Of a stretch of 64,000 bases of DNA, positions 60,397-64,000 are shown piece by piece. The DNA is taken from positions 62,001-126,000 of the forward strand of contig JAKMXF010000066.1 in the NCBI GenBank assembly GCA_024704765.1, given 5' to 3'. This stretch comes from Oopsacas minuta (Eukaryota; Animalia; Porifera). Under the pieces are notes generated by a model, which saw nothing but the letters and a program-made list of their open reading frames with translations, was not told the origin of the DNA and made no database searches. Numbering within the stretch: the first letter of the stretch is position 1; each line of letters starts with the position of its first letter. Made by a program: the position numbers and the translations under genes.

Positions 60397-61050
60397 TTCT
60401 GGAGATTATTGCAAGTTTGTTTATATTCGATGTTACAAAATATTAAAACTGTAAAAGCGCTTATCAAATATAGAATTATTCCATTATCCCATTTCAAATT
60501 TCAATGCTGTGGGGTGATGTATTAATTATTACCATTAAAGTAATTGACAGATGCATACAAACATCAATAATATAATATCCATGGTTTCTTCGTGTTTATT
60601 GACTTAACCGTCTTAAATTAACAAATTTTTTGAATGTAAAATGAATTAATACACCAATAACATTCAACGGTGTATTATTGTATGTATGTATGTATTGACA
60701 TTCCATGTGTACATGTAAGGACCCTGTTAATGAAAAACTTTTTCAGCTCCACATGATGTCCATCTAAGCATGCGAGCAGGCGGCCTTTAATTCTCATTAT
60801 CTCATTATTTTATGACGTTATCATAAATTAATACAAAAGTTGACTCGTTCTTGAGCTATAGTAAAGACCAGGGATGACACATCCAATTACAGTATACCCT
60901 CACTTATCCGAACAGCACTGTTCCGATTTCAAATATTTGTTCGGATTAGCGAAATGCATTGAAACAATACTATGTTTTCAAAAGTTGTACAAACGATGAA
61001 AAGGCTGCCAACATCTATACTCTTAAAACGCGATTAATCTATCTGGTTGT

Positions 61051-61123
61051 TATATGTTGCAGTGCAAGTACGAATTTAGTGTATTCGCGAATACACCAAA
61101 TTCGTACTTGGACGCAACATATA
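61051..61123. repeat. 73-bp loopless near-perfect palindrome
   Basis: tatatgttgc..caagtacgaatttagtgtattcg|cgaatacaccaaattcgtacttg..gcaacatata; one mismatch in the central 46 bp. Confidence 0.9.
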
Positions 61124-61904
61124 TCCAGAATTGATTGAAGAAACTGGAGGACCCTTAGGGCTGAGGTTTGGCATACAGGAGTATTTTGGGCCTGGCTCGG
61201 ATAATTTCGAGTCTTGAACGAAAATTCACACCTATGACAAAATTATGACGTAATTGTCACCTTTTTGGATTTTTGAAAAATCACACTATTAGCCACTGCT
61301 CAGCCAATATGTATGTTAGATGGTTGAAATTTGAATCACAGGTACGCCTCAAGATGCGAAATGTCCTGACGTGATAATAATTTTAACGATTATATATTTA
61401 TAATTGGTTATTCATAAAAATGTGTCATCCCTGATCTTTTCTGTGCAGCTAAGAACGAACCAACTTTTATATTACAAATTTTTGATATTTTGTATAAAAA
61501 TATCTATTGATCATTTCATATATTGACTTTGAAATGAAAGATGCAATATTTAGAGTTTTTTGCAAGGCATTAAACATATTTTGCCACATTCCTAAGATAT
61601 TTTGGAATATCTTGCTTGACAATTTGTTCTTCTACAAATATACACTACAATTAATCGGGCAAAAATCACCATTTCTGAAATATCATAATCACCTTGCATA
61701 TTAGTCTACCTGGTCACATATCACTGGTCCATTTTTCTGAACCACTGCCATGGCCTTATATTACGTAGTTCACGGTGTAACTAACAGTGGCATGATAGGA
61801 AATCAAATTATCACTGTGTTTTCCTGTTGAAATTTCTTGGCATGGAATATTATGAATTTTTAAACTTTATTTGTCGATTTAGCTCTACATATACTGTATT
61901 AATA

Positions 61905-62558
61905 ATGTCAGAATCAGGAGAAGGCACTATCTTTAGTTCCCTCATGTCGGGAAGCAGTAAGCTGGCAGGTAAGGTGGGATCTAAGGTAGCTAACTCTGAG
62001 ATTACTAAGGCTGCGAAGGATGGTGCTGTCAAGGGAGCTACTGATGGAGCTCAGAAGGGAATCACAGATCACTTTGCAAACAAATACGGAATGTCTCGAA
62101 GTAATTCCAAACCTGAAGAAACAAAGACACTCGGTACAATAGAGCAAAATATCACGGATGAGAAGGAAACGAAGGAAGCTGTTTTTACTCCTGAGCCTAA
62201 ATCTACCTCAAAGCTTCCTAACATTAACATTCCTAAACCACATTTCAAACGGAAAACTGGAGGAGGTAGAGTCAAGAGTCATCCCCAGATAGAAGAGCAT
62301 CGTAGGAAAATGAGAGAAAAGAAAACAGCTGTAATCCGTACAGAGACTAAATCAATCAGTCAAGAATGGGCGGTAGATGTTTGGTGTGTTGCTAATTTCA
62401 GTTATAAGGGAGAATTGCCTTGTGATTTGGAATTTATGAAGGGAGATAAAATTAAAGTTCTCCTCAGAACTGATACAGATTTTGACTGGTGGGAGGGAGA
62501 AGCTTATGGGAAGACAGGAATATTTCCTGCAAACTACGTGTCCATTATGAATAAATAA
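61905..62558 (+). CDS. Small protein with a low-complexity N-terminus and a C-terminal SH3YL1-like SH3 domain
   Basis: ANFSYKGELPCDLEFMKGDKIKVLLRTDTDFDWWEGEAYGKTGIFPANYV is a canonical SH3; the likely start is MSESG at 61905. Confidence 0.8.
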   Translation: MSESGEGTIFSSLMSGSSKLAGKVGSKVANSEITKAAKDGAVKGATDGAQKGITDHFANKYGMSRSNSKPEETKTLGTIEQNITDEKETKEAVFTPEPKSTSKLPNINIPKPHFKRKTGGGRVKSHPQIEEHRRKMREKKTAVIRTETKSISQEWAVDVWCVANFSYKGELPCDLEFMKGDKIKVLLRTDTDFDWWEGEAYGKTGIFPANYVSIMNK

Positions 62559-63277
62559 TATTCTATTCTAGCTCTTTCTATTTTGTCCTGTATTGTAAAT
62601 TGTACATAGTTTGGTATAAAAACTGTCAAGTAAATTCCGAGATAGTGGGCATCATATACACAAAAGTCAACTGGTGGGGAAGGAAATTTGTTCGCTAATA
62701 TTCGAGATAGCGTACCTTCGCGGTTGCCGTAGGGACGGAATTTCAATTCCCATTCCCACGGCAACCCTGCGTACCATGAATCATTGTAGGAATTATGAAT
62801 CTAATCATCAATTTGAGAGTTACTACAGCTTTGTATGAATACCTGATATAGTAGTCATGATTGTAGATATGTTTGTGCTAAGCCCCTGCCCTGAGCATTC
62901 GAGGAGATAATACTCTTTACATTCACACATTAAATATTCATAATTACGAGAGCGCTTCGCTTGCTCGCTACGCGGTTGCGAACACTTCGTGTCCGCACTC
63001 GGGTCTATAGCTCTCGAGTACGTAAACTCGTAATCTTAACCGTAGCAAACATGATACTGCCATAATCTTTAAATCTTTTATGAAGTGTTGTTTACAATCA
63101 TATTTGAACTCAGCATATACGATTATCCCAGTATAGCCGTTGAAAGTATGAATCTACTACGAATTTGAAATTTGCTTACCTTACGTACCTAAAAGTAGAC
63201 AAATAATCACATAATGTTGTTTACAATATCATATTTGGACTCAGCACACTCGATTACCCTAGCACAATATTGTTTTG

Positions 63278-63367
63278 TTGTTGTGTTGTGTTGTGTTGTG
63301 TAATATTTGGTTCTGGACTTTATGAATGACTTTCTATATGGGAGCGTGACACACACAGACACACACA
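63278..63367. repeat. Microsatellites (gttgt)n and (ac)n
   Basis: Visible at ~63278-63301 and ~63347-63367. Confidence 0.8.
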
Positions 63368-64000
63368 AGGACAAATTGAGATTTAATAATTATAGATGAA
63401 CTGTTAACAATAAATAGGAAAACACATAACTAAATGCCTGTTTAGTATATAACAATTGTAATCTGACAGTAGTGGCTCTCATAACGGCTGTGTTGAGAAA
63501 GAATGATGCTTCGATCCTTTTGGCCTCATGTTACCATTCAATATGGATTATCTATACCGATTCCATGAAAATACTAATAATCCCATTCTCTGATCTGATA
63601 ACAAACTCCATTCTTTTTACAAATGAAGGTTCAGGGATACAGCAGAATAATTCTAACACTTTATACTGTAGATAATAATCCAAGGTAGAACTGAGATGAA
63701 ATGATTAAATTCAGAAATTTGATCAGAATTATATATCAATTGGTTATTTAGTAATTGGATCAAATGTTCTACATTTCAAAGCTAATGGCCTAGACCTGAC
63801 AGTTCGTACAACTTTCAATAGCCTCTTACCAATTCCACATAAAAATAGATAAAAACCTTTGATCCTTCCCTCTTTCTTTTTGGCCCCACCTCGAGAGATT
63901 TTAGATTGATGCTAGAGGATTTAAAACGCTTTGAGTAAATTGAGGGTAAACTTATTCTAAGATTTAGTCATATTATCCTCAGGGGGGGGACTACTATTTA

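Noticed and set aside
1-64000. Prokaryotic defence system or symbiont contamination
   Set aside because: Spliceosomal introns, animal-type genes and eukaryotic MITEs occur throughout; no operons, Cas, rRNA or tRNA were seen.

Overview
AT-rich eukaryotic (animal) genomic DNA with compact, mostly intron-poor genes and short GT-AG introns. The combination of TRAF, NHL-repeat and AIG1/GIMAP expansions with many intronless genes resembles a sponge genome, possibly a glass sponge such as Oopsacas; this is inference only. Intact genes: two tandem TRAF-like paralogs, an ankyrin/TRP channel, a 4-exon Ig/mucin/FN3 single-pass receptor with a multi-tyrosine tail, TM9SF, a histidine phosphatase, PEX13, an amidohydrolase, a GIMAP-like GTPase, two NHL-repeat proteins, a stand-alone OvoA-C-type methyltransferase, RECQL5, ketohexokinase, a PAP2 lipid phosphatase and an SH3 protein. 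A 10-exon CCDC42/DUF4200-type gene, largely missed by the ORF track, hosts one NHL gene antisense in an intron. Decayed genes: a full-length NDST pseudogene, a tetraspanin pseudogene, two GIMAP-like pseudogenes, several NHL relics and an orphan Ig exon. Intergenic DNA is dense in hAT-type (8-bp TSD) and Tc1/mariner-type (TA TSD) MITEs. No rRNA, tRNA or CRISPR array was recognised. All family assignments come from motif recognition by eye, not from database searches.
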